From IMG/VR virus record IMGVR_UViG_3300008107_006173: a DNA stretch of 64,000 nucleotides; one strand, written 5' to 3'. The position numbers and the translations under genes were made by a program. This document shows, one piece after another, positions 47,120-56,319 of this stretch. The notes below the pieces were generated by a model that saw only the letters and a program-made list of their open reading frames with translations, was not told the origin of the DNA and searched no databases. Numbering within the stretch: the first letter of the stretch is position 1; each line of letters starts with the position of its first letter. The DNA is from a virus. Its lineage: Duplodnaviria > Caudoviricetes.

Positions 47120-47262
47120 ATCTTTCTCTCCTTAGGGGCAAACGCCTTGTCGTAGATAGGTATACATATACGAAAACCATTTCCGTATTAATTTATTATA
47201 CTGCGGTGTCTCAGTTTTGTCAATAGCTAAATTAGCTTAGTTTTCAATGACTTATAAAGTTT

Positions 47263-47550
47263 TTATGCTAATTTAATAGAGGATGTAGCCTCTACATACG
47301 CTTTTGCAATCTCCTTGTCAGTGGGGGCGTATGCAATAACGGTGTTTTTATTTAGCTTTGTGATGTCTGGTTGTGTTGTCATCATCCAGGGAACAATTCC
47401 CATTCCCTGTTGCCCCATAGCTAGTGTGCAGGGCTTTTTGATATGCAGTTCATTATCTGTAACTGAATCAAATCTACCTAAAATTTCTTCTCCAGTTATC
47501 AACTTGATACTAACAATATCGCCTTGATCTAATGGCTTTTGAATTAACAT
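47263..47550 (-). CDS. Sm/LSm-like small beta protein
   Basis: GDIVSIKLITGEEILGR...LHIKKP..L. Confidence 0.55.
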   Translation of the reverse strand: MLIQKPLDQGDIVSIKLITGEEILGRFDSVTDNELHIKKPCTLAMGQQGMGIVPWMMTTQPDITKLNKNTVIAYAPTDKEIAKAYVEATSSIKLA

Positions 47551-47717
47551 ATGTGTTTATTACCTTTGTACTATTAATATTTAACAAAAAAACTGTTTCT
47601 TGTCTACTGTTTTGTGATGCTAATACCTGCGCTTCATCGTGTTTTTAACACAACTCGTCCATAGATAGAAAAAATATGGCGTTTCTTAAGGATTTTTTCT
47701 TTCTTTGTTAAATAAAA

Positions 47718-47845
47718 GTGTGAACAGATACATGTGAGTCTAACAAGTAAGAACAACCGCGTCCCTCTTAGTATACGCTATATAGTGCAACAGAACTGCA
47801 CAGACTGTTCGCAAAGTTGGATATGGTAGGCGCCTACCATATCAT
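47718..47845 (+). ncRNA. Candidate structured small RNA ending in a perfect 24-bp palindrome
   Basis: TTAAATA upstream; GUGAACAG/CUGUUCGC closing helix; GUGCA/UGCAC hairpin; GATATGGTAGGCGCCTACCATATC. Confidence 0.4.
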
Positions 47846-47881
47846 TTTATATAAAACTTTAAGTGGGGTCTGATGTTGACC

Positions 47882-48631
47882 TTACAGTACTATCGTTTCC
47901 TCTTTGATATTCACTGGAATATCAAACTTACCAGCAATTTGCCTCATTGCATCTACTCTAGATGTTGTATCTCTACTGCTGTGTAAGTGAATTATATTAG
48001 CATCATCCAATTTACAATTATTCCATTCCTCCGCAAAAGGAATGTTTAGATTAAAAATCTGAAAAGCCATTTTTGGATCGTGTACTTCAGATACATCCAA
48101 TCCTTGACTCCATAGTTGATAGTTGTGAATTAACTGTCCCCAACTCCAATCATTTTCTGCATGAGTGAACCACTTATCCATAAGTCTTTCACCTAAATCC
48201 CAAACCTGCGGATTCATCTCTGCAGGATAGTATCTGACATCATCGTTAAAATAATGAGGCATTTCTTCATGTGTTTTTGGGTCAGTATAATTAAACATCA
48301 TCATGTTATTATATCTACCAAATACTTCTGTGGGTTTGAGGAACATGGTATCTGCACCCATACACAGAATATTGCAGGGCTCCTTATGCCATAGTTCTTT
48401 GATCATGTACCAATGTGCTATCTGATACGCTCTAGAATCTAATACAGGAGCAGTGAATTTAATTTCTTCCCACTCACCGTCCAAGTAGGTTGTTGCGCTG
48501 CTTCGGCTAATAGCATACATATTTTCATAGTCGATGAGATCTCGTTCAGCTCTAGGATTGTCACCTGTGCCTTTCCAATAACCCCAGTGTTTGATAATTG
48601 GGCGCACCGCGCCAATAAGATAATTTTTCAT
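47882..48631 (-). CDS. Putative GT-A nucleotide-sugar transferase
   Basis: ILCMGADTMFLKP DxD-like strand, IIHLHSSR; last gene of sugar operon. Confidence 0.5.
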   Translation of the reverse strand: MKNYLIGAVRPIIKHWGYWKGTGDNPRAERDLIDYENMYAISRSSATTYLDGEWEEIKFTAPVLDSRAYQIAHWYMIKELWHKEPCNILCMGADTMFLKPTEVFGRYNNMMMFNYTDPKTHEEMPHYFNDDVRYYPAEMNPQVWDLGERLMDKWFTHAENDWSWGQLIHNYQLWSQGLDVSEVHDPKMAFQIFNLNIPFAEEWNNCKLDDANIIHLHSSRDTTSRVDAMRQIAGKFDIPVNIKEETIVL

Positions 48632-48635
48632 AGTT

Positions 48636-49586
48636 TCACCAAATAAAGTTTTCTTTGTAATATTTTACAATATTCACAAGCTCGTCGTCAAAGTTAGCTT
48701 TTGGTAACCAACCTAACTGTTTGATTTTAGAATCATCAATTGCGTATCTAACATCTTGCCCAGGGCGTTCGTAGTTGGTATCCAAGTATTGGTCTGCATC
48801 GCCTGGGAGACCTAAGAGGTTTATAATCTTTCTTGCAACTACAATATTTTGTTCTTCAAAGGTTCCTGAAATGTTGTAAATTTCATTCGTCACGCCTTTT
48901 TCAATTATTGTTATTACCGCTGATGCAGTATCGCTGGCGTGAAGCCAAGTTCTGCGTGGGGTGCCTTTATTGTGCAGCAAAACCTTCTTGCCTAGTGTTA
49001 GATACTTGATAGCGTGAGGGATAAACTTTTCAGTGTATTGACCAATGCCGTAATTGTTTGTTGGTCTGACAATTACATATGGTAAATTATATGTTCTTGC
49101 CCACGCAATAACCAACATGTCGGCTGCTGCTTTTGTTGCACTATAAGGATTGCTGGGTTTTAATAGATCAGTTTCTTTATGAAAACCCTGATCTAAATCG
49201 CCATACACTTCATCTGTACTAAAATGTAGTAGTACAGGTGTCTTTTTTCTACCACTTATTTTTGTTCTAATAAGTTCTAAAATATTATGTACGCCACTAA
49301 TGTTGCTGTCTACAAATTCAGAACTACTAACAATGCTGTTATCCACATGAGTTTCTGCGGCTGTGTTAATAAAATAGTCGCAGTCATAGATCATTGTTAG
49401 TTCATTAATATCTTTGTTTTCAAATTTGAAGTTCTTATAAGAAAGCAAATCATCAAGTAGATTCCAATTAGCAGCATAGGTACCTTTATCAATACCACAT
49501 ACATACCAACCTTTTTCTAAACAAGATTTCGCAACATGATATCCAATGAATCCTAAACATCCTGTAACATAAACAGTTTTATACAT
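48636..49586 (-). CDS. NDP-glucose 4,6-dehydratase (RfbB-like SDR)
   Basis: VTGCLGFIG, AAETHVDNS, STDEVYG, PSNPYSATK, RPGQDVRY. Confidence 0.92.
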   Translation of the reverse strand: MYKTVYVTGCLGFIGYHVAKSCLEKGWYVCGIDKGTYAANWNLLDDLLSYKNFKFENKDINELTMIYDCDYFINTAAETHVDNSIVSSSEFVDSNISGVHNILELIRTKISGRKKTPVLLHFSTDEVYGDLDQGFHKETDLLKPSNPYSATKAAADMLVIAWARTYNLPYVIVRPTNNYGIGQYTEKFIPHAIKYLTLGKKVLLHNKGTPRRTWLHASDTASAVITIIEKGVTNEIYNISGTFEEQNIVVARKIINLLGLPGDADQYLDTNYERPGQDVRYAIDDSKIKQLGWLPKANFDDELVNIVKYYKENFIW

Positions 49587-50523
49587 AAAGCCAATCCTGA
49601 TTGTTCAAATACCAGTTTACAGTCTGTTCGAGTCTTTGCTGATGGGAGTATGGTGCGATCCAACCTCTTTCGTAGAACTTATGTGGGTCCACTGAAAAGC
49701 ATAGATCGTGTCCAGGCCTATCAACTGGTATAAAGTTATAATTTAGTGTTCTACCCATTATGTCTGCTATGTTATTGGCGAACTCAAAATTATCAATAAA
49801 CTTGTAGCCTGCACTATTCCATTTTTCACACAGGGCTGTTTGTTCTCTAATTACAAAGTCCGTGTGACTAGCAACGTCCCCTGCATAGAACCACCGGCGG
49901 CCACCTATTTGATTTTCTTTACCCACATGAATATCTAAGCATTCGTTGTTGAGCAGTTTTTTAATAATAATCGTAGGTAATCTATTTGGCTGGCACATTG
50001 GGCCAAATGTATTATTAATATGTATGATGCTCACAGGCAAATTATAGGTATGTGAATAACTTACACAAAGTTCTTCGCCAGCAGCTTTTGAGGCTGCATA
50101 AGGGCTGTTGGACCGATACGCATCGTCAGCGTCACTATCATTACCAATTGGTATTGGGCCAAACACTTCACCTGAACTGTAATATACAAATTTCTTAAGA
50201 TTAATTTGTCGTGCTAGTTCTAATAGATTCAATGTTCCTATTACATTATCTAGAACAGATTCAACAGGTGCGCTAATACTATCAGCAGCACTTGGATTTG
50301 CTCCAGCATGTAAAATAATATCTATGTCTTTAAATACACTTAAATCGTAAGGGTCTCTGATATTATGTTCAACTATTTTGATCTTATCAGAGAACTGTGC
50401 AATTCTTTTTAGATTTTTTGTTCCTGGTCGAACCAAACAGATAACATTATTATTTTCATAAAATTGTTCAACTAGGTAACGACCTATAAATCCTGTTGCG
50501 CCTGTAATTAGTATGTTATTCAT
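49579..50523 (-). CDS. NAD-dependent epimerase/dehydratase
   Basis: ITGATGFIG, SSGEVFG, SPYAASK, RPGHD. Confidence 0.9.
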   Translation of the reverse strand: MNNILITGATGFIGRYLVEQFYENNNVICLVRPGTKNLKRIAQFSDKIKIVEHNIRDPYDLSVFKDIDIILHAGANPSAADSISAPVESVLDNVIGTLNLLELARQINLKKFVYYSSGEVFGPIPIGNDSDADDAYRSNSPYAASKAAGEELCVSYSHTYNLPVSIIHINNTFGPMCQPNRLPTIIIKKLLNNECLDIHVGKENQIGGRRWFYAGDVASHTDFVIREQTALCEKWNSAGYKFIDNFEFANNIADIMGRTLNYNFIPVDRPGHDLCFSVDPHKFYERGWIAPYSHQQRLEQTVNWYLNNQDWLYV

Positions 50524-51151
50524 TGTGATGCACATAAACTAGGTCGGTCGCATGTGTTGCTACATGCTTATATCCATACCGGTCTAGGAAAGACTGAATC
50601 ATTTCAAATTTAACACCATATCGCTGAGCCCATGGTGCGTGCCATTCTATAGAAAGAACTGGTTTAAACTTATTAATTGTTTGTTCTGCACCTAACAAGC
50701 CAAAATATTCATAACCTTCAGTGTCTAGTTGTATTAAGTCACAACGATCAAGTTCTAGGTCATCAATTTTAAATGTTGGTATAGTCCCCATGCCGTGAAC
50801 ATGAGTTGCACCGACATCGTGTGCATGATGATTTAATGCTATAAATCTGTGTGCGTCGCCTACAGCAGCATTGAATTTTACAACATTAGGATAATCACAA
50901 TTCATCGACAATGCTAAAAAGTTCAATGGCTCTGGCTCAAATGTGTAAACTCTTTCAAACTTCTCTGCATACTTACGAATGTAAAATCCAGCGTTGCCAC
51001 CTGCTTGCACAACAACTTTTCGTTCTGGAACATGTGTGCAGAGATTGTCAACAACATCGCTATGCTGATGCATATAATTCCAGCAACCTTGGTCTCCCAT
51101 AGGCCACCACCAATCATCTCGCTTTTCTAGTTTATCAATAAGTCTATTCAC
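50516..51151 (-). CDS. FkbM-family methyltransferase
   Basis: VVQAGGNAG, YTFEPEP.N, DLIQLDTEGYE..LLGA. Confidence 0.9.
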   Translation of the reverse strand: MNRLIDKLEKRDDWWWPMGDQGCWNYMHQHSDVVDNLCTHVPERKVVVQAGGNAGFYIRKYAEKFERVYTFEPEPLNFLALSMNCDYPNVVKFNAAVGDAHRFIALNHHAHDVGATHVHGMGTIPTFKIDDLELDRCDLIQLDTEGYEYFGLLGAEQTINKFKPVLSIEWHAPWAQRYGVKFEMIQSFLDRYGYKHVATHATDLVYVHHNE

Positions 51152-51153
51152 AG

Positions 51154-51633
51154 CTAAGTCCTTTTAATGTTTAGATAGCAAGGTTCATTACTGTAGATAA
51201 ACTCGTGCCAGATACTTCTTAATTCTTCTTCGCTGTTAGGTTTGTAAATCTTGATATTAGGAAACGCCTTTAAAGCATCTTCATCATCTACAGCCCAATG
51301 GCTAAATCCTAAGTGCCCGTAATCTTTATCTCGGCCACTGCCTACAAGTTTTACTGGTGCACCTTCGTGATCGAGATAGTTTCTCAACCATTCGTATGGC
51401 CTAAAAATCACAAACGGAGTAATACTATAGCAAACGGGAATTTTGCCGTTATGTGTAAGACCCACAGCAGTTCCTAGCATTAGCTGTTCAGCAGCACCAA
51501 CATTAAATGTTCTGTCGGGTGCTACTTCTCTGCTTTTGTTTAGTACACCAAAGCCCAAATCACCTGTTAGGAGGTAAACATTATTATCATTGGCTAATGT
51601 TTCAGCCATCAATTGTCCAAAAAGATTTCTCAT
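51154..51633 (-). CDS. Transketolase pyrimidine-binding domain protein
   Basis: LTGDLG, FNVGAAEQLMLG.A.GL, GFSHWAVDD, PCYL. Confidence 0.9.
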   Translation of the reverse strand: MRNLFGQLMAETLANDNNVYLLTGDLGFGVLNKSREVAPDRTFNVGAAEQLMLGTAVGLTHNGKIPVCYSITPFVIFRPYEWLRNYLDHEGAPVKLVGSGRDKDYGHLGFSHWAVDDEDALKAFPNIKIYKPNSEEELRSIWHEFIYSNEPCYLNIKRT

Positions 51634-52238
51634 AGTTTATCTAAATCCTCAGGCTTTAAAACATAATAATGTGTTAGTACACCTTCTGCAAAAGGCCACT
51701 TTGGTGGCTCAGTGTTACGAATGTTGATCCGCGGCAGGAACGCCCGTAACCTATTGTTGATATAATCTCTATCAATCATATCGTAGGCAATCATTCCGTT
51801 CACATTAGCGTAGACTTCTAAGTTATCTAACTTTGCTTCATAGATAAATCGTAGTGCTTCCCAAATAGAACCTTCTCCGCACTCACCGTCACTGATAAGG
51901 CAATGTACTTTACGATCTCTATTAGCTAGAGCGTAGCCTGTTGCTACAGTAAGACCCATGCCCAAACTACCTGTGGAGCAATGAATACCATCTTCTAAGC
52001 AACGATGTGGGTGTACACCGTGCTTGTGGAAAAGTTCCACTGCATCGCGACCTTCATACTTTTCTTGAACTACATACATTGCAAGAGCGGCATGACCCGA
52101 GCTTAAAATAAAAGGTTCGTCTGGTTGCTTTAATGAATAAATCTCATCAATTATATTAACAGCATTGAGTGTAGAACTAAGATGTCCTATCTTCTCTTTA
52201 AAGCTGATATCTATAATTCGTTGCTCTAATTGGTTCAC
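51630..52238 (-). CDS. Transketolase N-terminal (ThDP-binding) protein
   Basis: GHLSS, LSSGHAA, TGSLGMG, ISDGECGEGSIWEA. Confidence 0.9.
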   Translation of the reverse strand: MNQLEQRIIDISFKEKIGHLSSTLNAVNIIDEIYSLKQPDEPFILSSGHAALAMYVVQEKYEGRDAVELFHKHGVHPHRCLEDGIHCSTGSLGMGLTVATGYALANRDRKVHCLISDGECGEGSIWEALRFIYEAKLDNLEVYANVNGMIAYDMIDRDYINNRLRAFLPRINIRNTEPPKWPFAEGVLTHYYVLKPEDLDKL

Positions 52239-53557
52239 GTAAATGCCCTCATAAACTCATCAACCTTCTCACCAATGTAGTTAATTTGTTCTTCTGTAAT
52301 CACAGGGCTTGTGCCGTGGAAGAAAGTATTTGTTAGAGAGAATGTTGCATTTGGAAAATTATTCTTAGCTTCCATTGGATCCATCAAGTGACTGTAAGCA
52401 GGTTGTAACATAATGTTGCCTGCAAAATATGGTCGTGTTTGAATCAAGTTATCTTCTAAGTGTTCAACTAACTGTGTTCTGCTAAAAGGAGCAGACTTTC
52501 TAATTGTTAGCGGGAAGGCAAACCAACTTGGATTACTGTGTTCTCTTGCTCGTGGCAGATGGAAAAATTCTTCATACTTTTCGTAAACCTTAAACAACAG
52601 ATTATAATTTTCTCTGCGTCTAGCATGAATCTCATCTAGCTTCTCTAGCTGTTTCAATCCCATAGCACTTTGCATTTCAATTGGCTTTAGATTGTAACCA
52701 ATTTCATCATACACATACTTGTGGTCAAAGATTTCATCGGGCATGGTAGGAATCCAATTGTTGAATCGCTTACCACAAGTTCCCTTCTTTAGTTTATTTG
52801 CATGAGGACCAACGCAATAACAGCCGCGACCCCATTCACGGAAACTCCGTAGAATAACTTCTTGTTCTTTTGTGTTAGAAGCCACGAAACCGCCTTCGCC
52901 CATTGTCATGTGGTGCGCTGGATAAAAACTACAGCTAGCCATTTCACCAAAGCTACCAAGTGGTCGATCCTTATATGTACTGCCTAGTGCATCACAACAA
53001 TCTTCTAGTAATACAAGATTATACTTGTTAACTAATTCCATTAGCTGATCCATGTTAGGTGGGTTACCTAGTACATGGGCAAATGTAATAACCTTAATAT
53101 CAGGATCATTTGCAAGAACACGCTCACAATGGTCCAAATCAATGTTTAGAGTCTCGAGCTCAATGTCAACAAAAACAGGAGTAAAGCCTACTTGAAGTGT
53201 TGGATTGAGTGTGGTTGGAAAACCTGCAATAGGCATCAATACTTTAGTGCCTTTAGGGAAATTATAACCTCGCTTACTGGTAAGCGAAGACATCATTAGC
53301 AGGTTGCTGCTACTACCGCTGTTGGTTAGAATACCAAATTCTTTGCCAAACTGTTTTGGAAACTTTCTTTCAAATAAGATACTCTTATTACCCATTACCA
53401 ACCAACCGTCGAGTAATGTTTCAGCAGCAGCAACTATTTCTTCTGCATCAAAAAATGGACCTGCGTAATTTACAAAATCTTTACCCGGGGTCCAAGTCTT
53501 ATCAGCATTGCGCTGCTCAATAAAGGTACGAATTTGTGCAAGGATTTCTTGTTTCAT
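52235..53557 (-). CDS. rfbH: CDP-4-keto-6-deoxyglucose 3-dehydrase (RfbH/DdhC, E1)
   Basis: FAHVLGNP, EDCCDALGS, SFYPAHHMTMGEGG (His in place of PLP Lys), WGRGCYC...TCGKRF...DHKY. Confidence 0.9.
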   Translation of the reverse strand: MKQEILAQIRTFIEQRNADKTWTPGKDFVNYAGPFFDAEEIVAAAETLLDGWLVMGNKSILFERKFPKQFGKEFGILTNSGSSSNLLMMSSLTSKRGYNFPKGTKVLMPIAGFPTTLNPTLQVGFTPVFVDIELETLNIDLDHCERVLANDPDIKVITFAHVLGNPPNMDQLMELVNKYNLVLLEDCCDALGSTYKDRPLGSFGEMASCSFYPAHHMTMGEGGFVASNTKEQEVILRSFREWGRGCYCVGPHANKLKKGTCGKRFNNWIPTMPDEIFDHKYVYDEIGYNLKPIEMQSAMGLKQLEKLDEIHARRRENYNLLFKVYEKYEEFFHLPRAREHSNPSWFAFPLTIRKSAPFSRTQLVEHLEDNLIQTRPYFAGNIMLQPAYSHLMDPMEAKNNFPNATFSLTNTFFHGTSPVITEEQINYIGEKVDEFMRAFT

Positions 53558-53610
53558 GTTTTTCCTGTGATGTGTTTTTTAAGTTTAAATATTTATCAGA
53601 TGTTTTTATT

Positions 53611-53847
53611 CTACTCTTTGCTTTTTGACATAGCTAGTATGAAGAACCCTGCATTAGCGGGCGTCATTGTAGCAAAGGTTTGATCTGGCCAACTAAGCAT
53701 ACGCACACCGTAGTGATGTCCTAGAAAGCGATCCACTATGTGCAGACTTATGCCCCATTGCTTATAGTTATAGTGACACATCAACCAACGCTTAAAGTTA
53801 GCAAACTGTGTGTCGGAGAGTTTAAATTTAGTTAATGTCATGACCAT
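53611..53847 (-). CDS. Small hypothetical protein
   Basis: 78-aa ORF, ends AGFFILAMS. Confidence 0.55.
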   Translation of the reverse strand: MVMTLTKFKLSDTQFANFKRWLMCHYNYKQWGISLHIVDRFLGHHYGVRMLSWPDQTFATMTPANAGFFILAMSKSKE

Positions 53848-54056
53848 CTCAATAAAAACATGCTCATTTCAGTTTCGCTACGAAACCGCACAGTATCAAA
53901 ACTAGTGCGACGGCCACAACCTGTTTCCTTAATCCATTCAGCAACAGGAAACATGTCGCTGTCGCTGAGACCGGCATTAGCCCATGGTGGGTTATGTTCT
54001 TCTGCACGAAGTGTAAGGCGTTTAATTTCTCGCCATACAATCGTTCTCACGACCAC
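53838..54056 (-). CDS. Small FLLRWS-family protein
   Basis: Ends VRFRSETEMSMFLLRWS. Confidence 0.7.
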   Translation of the reverse strand: MVVRTIVWREIKRLTLRAEEHNPPWANAGLSDSDMFPVAEWIKETGCGRRTSFDTVRFRSETEMSMFLLRWS

Positions 54057-54277
54057 CTCAACAGGAACAGCGCCAAGTCCTCACGGTCCTCAAATGTAAG
54101 TACCATTCCTTCGTGTTTGTAACGAGCAACAATACCTGAGTCTTCGAGCCAGTTAGTTATGCTCTCTACATTATTAATCCACCAAAAGGCATCAGTAATA
54201 ATAGCGTAATTGTCATTATCACTCAAAGAGCCAGTAAGAAATTTTCCGTACTTTTCACCTAATCTTACTTCGCTCAT
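54047..54277 (-). CDS. Small FLLRWS-family protein
   Basis: Start moved to 54277; ends LTFEDREDLALFLLRWS. Confidence 0.7.
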   Translation of the reverse strand: MSEVRLGEKYGKFLTGSLSDNDNYAIITDAFWWINNVESITNWLEDSGIVARYKHEGMVLTFEDREDLALFLLRWS

Positions 54278-54281
54278 TCTA

Positions 54282-55325
54282 TCAGTGACTTTGGACTTTT
54301 TGTTTTTCATGTTCATATAGTGCATGGCTAGCAAGGTTCTTGGCCTTGCTTTCGCACATGATATCAAACTGATCTCGGAATGTAAGGGCCCAGTCATTTA
54401 CTGCGCGATTCCAATAATAGTCGCTGTGTGCGCGAAGTTTTGCTTTCTTGTAACCTTGTTCTAGCAATGTGTCAAGATCGGGTCGAGTGTCCCTACAGTG
54501 GTCTGCGAGCAGGTCTTCCCTGCTAACTGAGTAATGAATAACAGGACGCACGCCGCGCCAACTATCAATAACCCGTTTAACGCGATCGTCATTAGCTTCA
54601 ATGTATTCTCCATTTCTAATCCAGTGGTGGTGAATGTCTAACACCAACGCACAGTGGTCTACTAGTTCTAGGCTCGAATTGAGACCCCAGGACATTTCGT
54701 CGTTTTCGATTGTGAGGGTGTTTCTTGCTTCGGTGCTGAGTCTTGGGATAACTCGCTTGATACCTTCGGGGCCTTGGCGACCCGCGATGTGGACGTTGAT
54801 CTTAAAGTCCTGAAACGAACGACCATACCCCATCCATCTCGCCATATCTGCATGATACTCGAACTCCTCTATGCTACGCTCAACAATACCTGGTGTATCG
54901 CTTGCAAGTACACAAAATTGTCCGGGGTGGAAACTAAGACGGACTCCGGTTCTGCGAGCAAGGTCGCCAATAGTAGAAAAACGATGTACCAAAACGTCAA
55001 CGATATCATTACGACGCCAAAAATAACTCCAACTAGGCTCAGTATAAACGGGAAGAATATCACTGCCAAGACGCACCATGCGCCGATCCTTAGGTAACGA
55101 TGCAACATATTCAACTAATCTCCTTGCGGATTCTGTGTTGTGTATCATAATATCCCATAGACGCTGTTCCGCTACATCTCGGGTCTGACGATTAAGCCAA
55201 GCAACTGTGGTTGATTTGGTGTTTAGGGGACGCTGTAATTCCTCTAAAACTTTTTTAGATAGGGTTTGATCGTCGTGCATATATTTACACGCAAATCCAA
55301 TTCTTTTTGTAGAATTATCAAACAT
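54282..55325 (-). CDS. uvsE: UV-damage endonuclease UvsE/UvdE
   Basis: RIGFACK, VRLSFHPGQF, KINVHIAG, IENDE, LDIHHH, HYSVSR, RAHSD, MCESKAKNLA. Confidence 0.93.
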   Translation of the reverse strand: MFDNSTKRIGFACKYMHDDQTLSKKVLEELQRPLNTKSTTVAWLNRQTRDVAEQRLWDIMIHNTESARRLVEYVASLPKDRRMVRLGSDILPVYTEPSWSYFWRRNDIVDVLVHRFSTIGDLARRTGVRLSFHPGQFCVLASDTPGIVERSIEEFEYHADMARWMGYGRSFQDFKINVHIAGRQGPEGIKRVIPRLSTEARNTLTIENDEMSWGLNSSLELVDHCALVLDIHHHWIRNGEYIEANDDRVKRVIDSWRGVRPVIHYSVSREDLLADHCRDTRPDLDTLLEQGYKKAKLRAHSDYYWNRAVNDWALTFRDQFDIMCESKAKNLASHALYEHEKQKVQSH

Positions 55326-55596
55326 TTTTTGTTGGCTTCATTAGTTCAAATGCTTCATCAATTGAACTGCTAATATTATTAGAAAAGAGCAACTTACCAT
55401 CAACTACAGGCTTTGTCAATGCACCAAGCATGTGTATAAGAATATGAGTAAGCACTTCTGGTGATTCATGTTGTGGGGTAATTGCGTCTGATACCTTAAC
55501 AATATCATCGTTCTCGTTTAGAGCTAGCTCATGAATACGATATATCCCCTCACCACTGGGTAATGTGTGTAAGATTAAGCGAAATTCGGTACGCAT
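55318..55596 (-). CDS. Hypothetical protein
   Basis: 92-aa ORF with AGGA RBS. Confidence 0.6.
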   Translation of the reverse strand: MRTEFRLILHTLPSGEGIYRIHELALNENDDIVKVSDAITPQHESPEVLTHILIHMLGALTKPVVDGKLLFSNNISSSIDEAFELMKPTKNV

Positions 55597-55701
55597 ATGA
55601 TTCCTAACATATTATATAAAACAAGTATAACAGCAAAATCCATGTCTGTCAATGAGTTTTTTGATAAATATTGTTGATGAAGTTTGTAAACGAGGAACGT
55701 C

Positions 55702-56307
55702 ATGGCTAAGGTAAAAAGATATAATTTAGCGGGTTTAGCTGCTAATGTTGAACTAGGCAAACAAGGTTCGTATATAGCAGCAAATGCTAATGTTATTGGT
55801 TTCTATACTTCCAGCGATGTCTTACAGCAAATTGAAATAGCCAATGCTACATTGTCTACTCATGCTGTCACTAAAGCGCAGTTGGAAGCTGAAACACAAG
55901 ATCTCGTACAGCATGTTAGTGTGCCATTTAATTATAATAGCGCAAATAGTAATATTGCAAATATTAGCCCAGGTGCCCGTGTTATAAGTGTCACTGTAGA
56001 CATTCCAAGCGCATGGGGCGGCACCGGTGATAATACCACAAGTTTTGTTGAAGTGGGTGATACTAACAACTCTAGTCGCTTTATTCGTGCTCAGGATGTT
56101 GATGTCCTAAAAGCAGCACAATATCATAGCCAATTTCAATATGAGTATACTGCGGGCGGTGTAATTAGGTTAACTGTACACCCAGGTTCAGCAACTTCAG
56201 GTACTGGTGTAGTAAGTGTTGTACTTTCGGGCGATACTGCTGTGCTTCAGGATGCTGGTAGTTTGAGCCCTGTGCAGACCATTGAAGATCTAGGTAACAT
56301 TGGATAA
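55702..56307 (+). CDS. Putative virion structural protein (paralog of fibre N-terminus)
   Basis: YNLAGLAANVELGKQG, NATLSTHAVTKAQL; ATAAATA at 55664. Confidence 0.75.
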   Translation: MAKVKRYNLAGLAANVELGKQGSYIAANANVIGFYTSSDVLQQIEIANATLSTHAVTKAQLEAETQDLVQHVSVPFNYNSANSNIANISPGARVISVTVDIPSAWGGTGDNTTSFVEVGDTNNSSRFIRAQDVDVLKAAQYHSQFQYEYTAGGVIRLTVHPGSATSGTGVVSVVLSGDTAVLQDAGSLSPVQTIEDLGNIG

Positions 56308-56319
56308 TAGGACTTTTTC

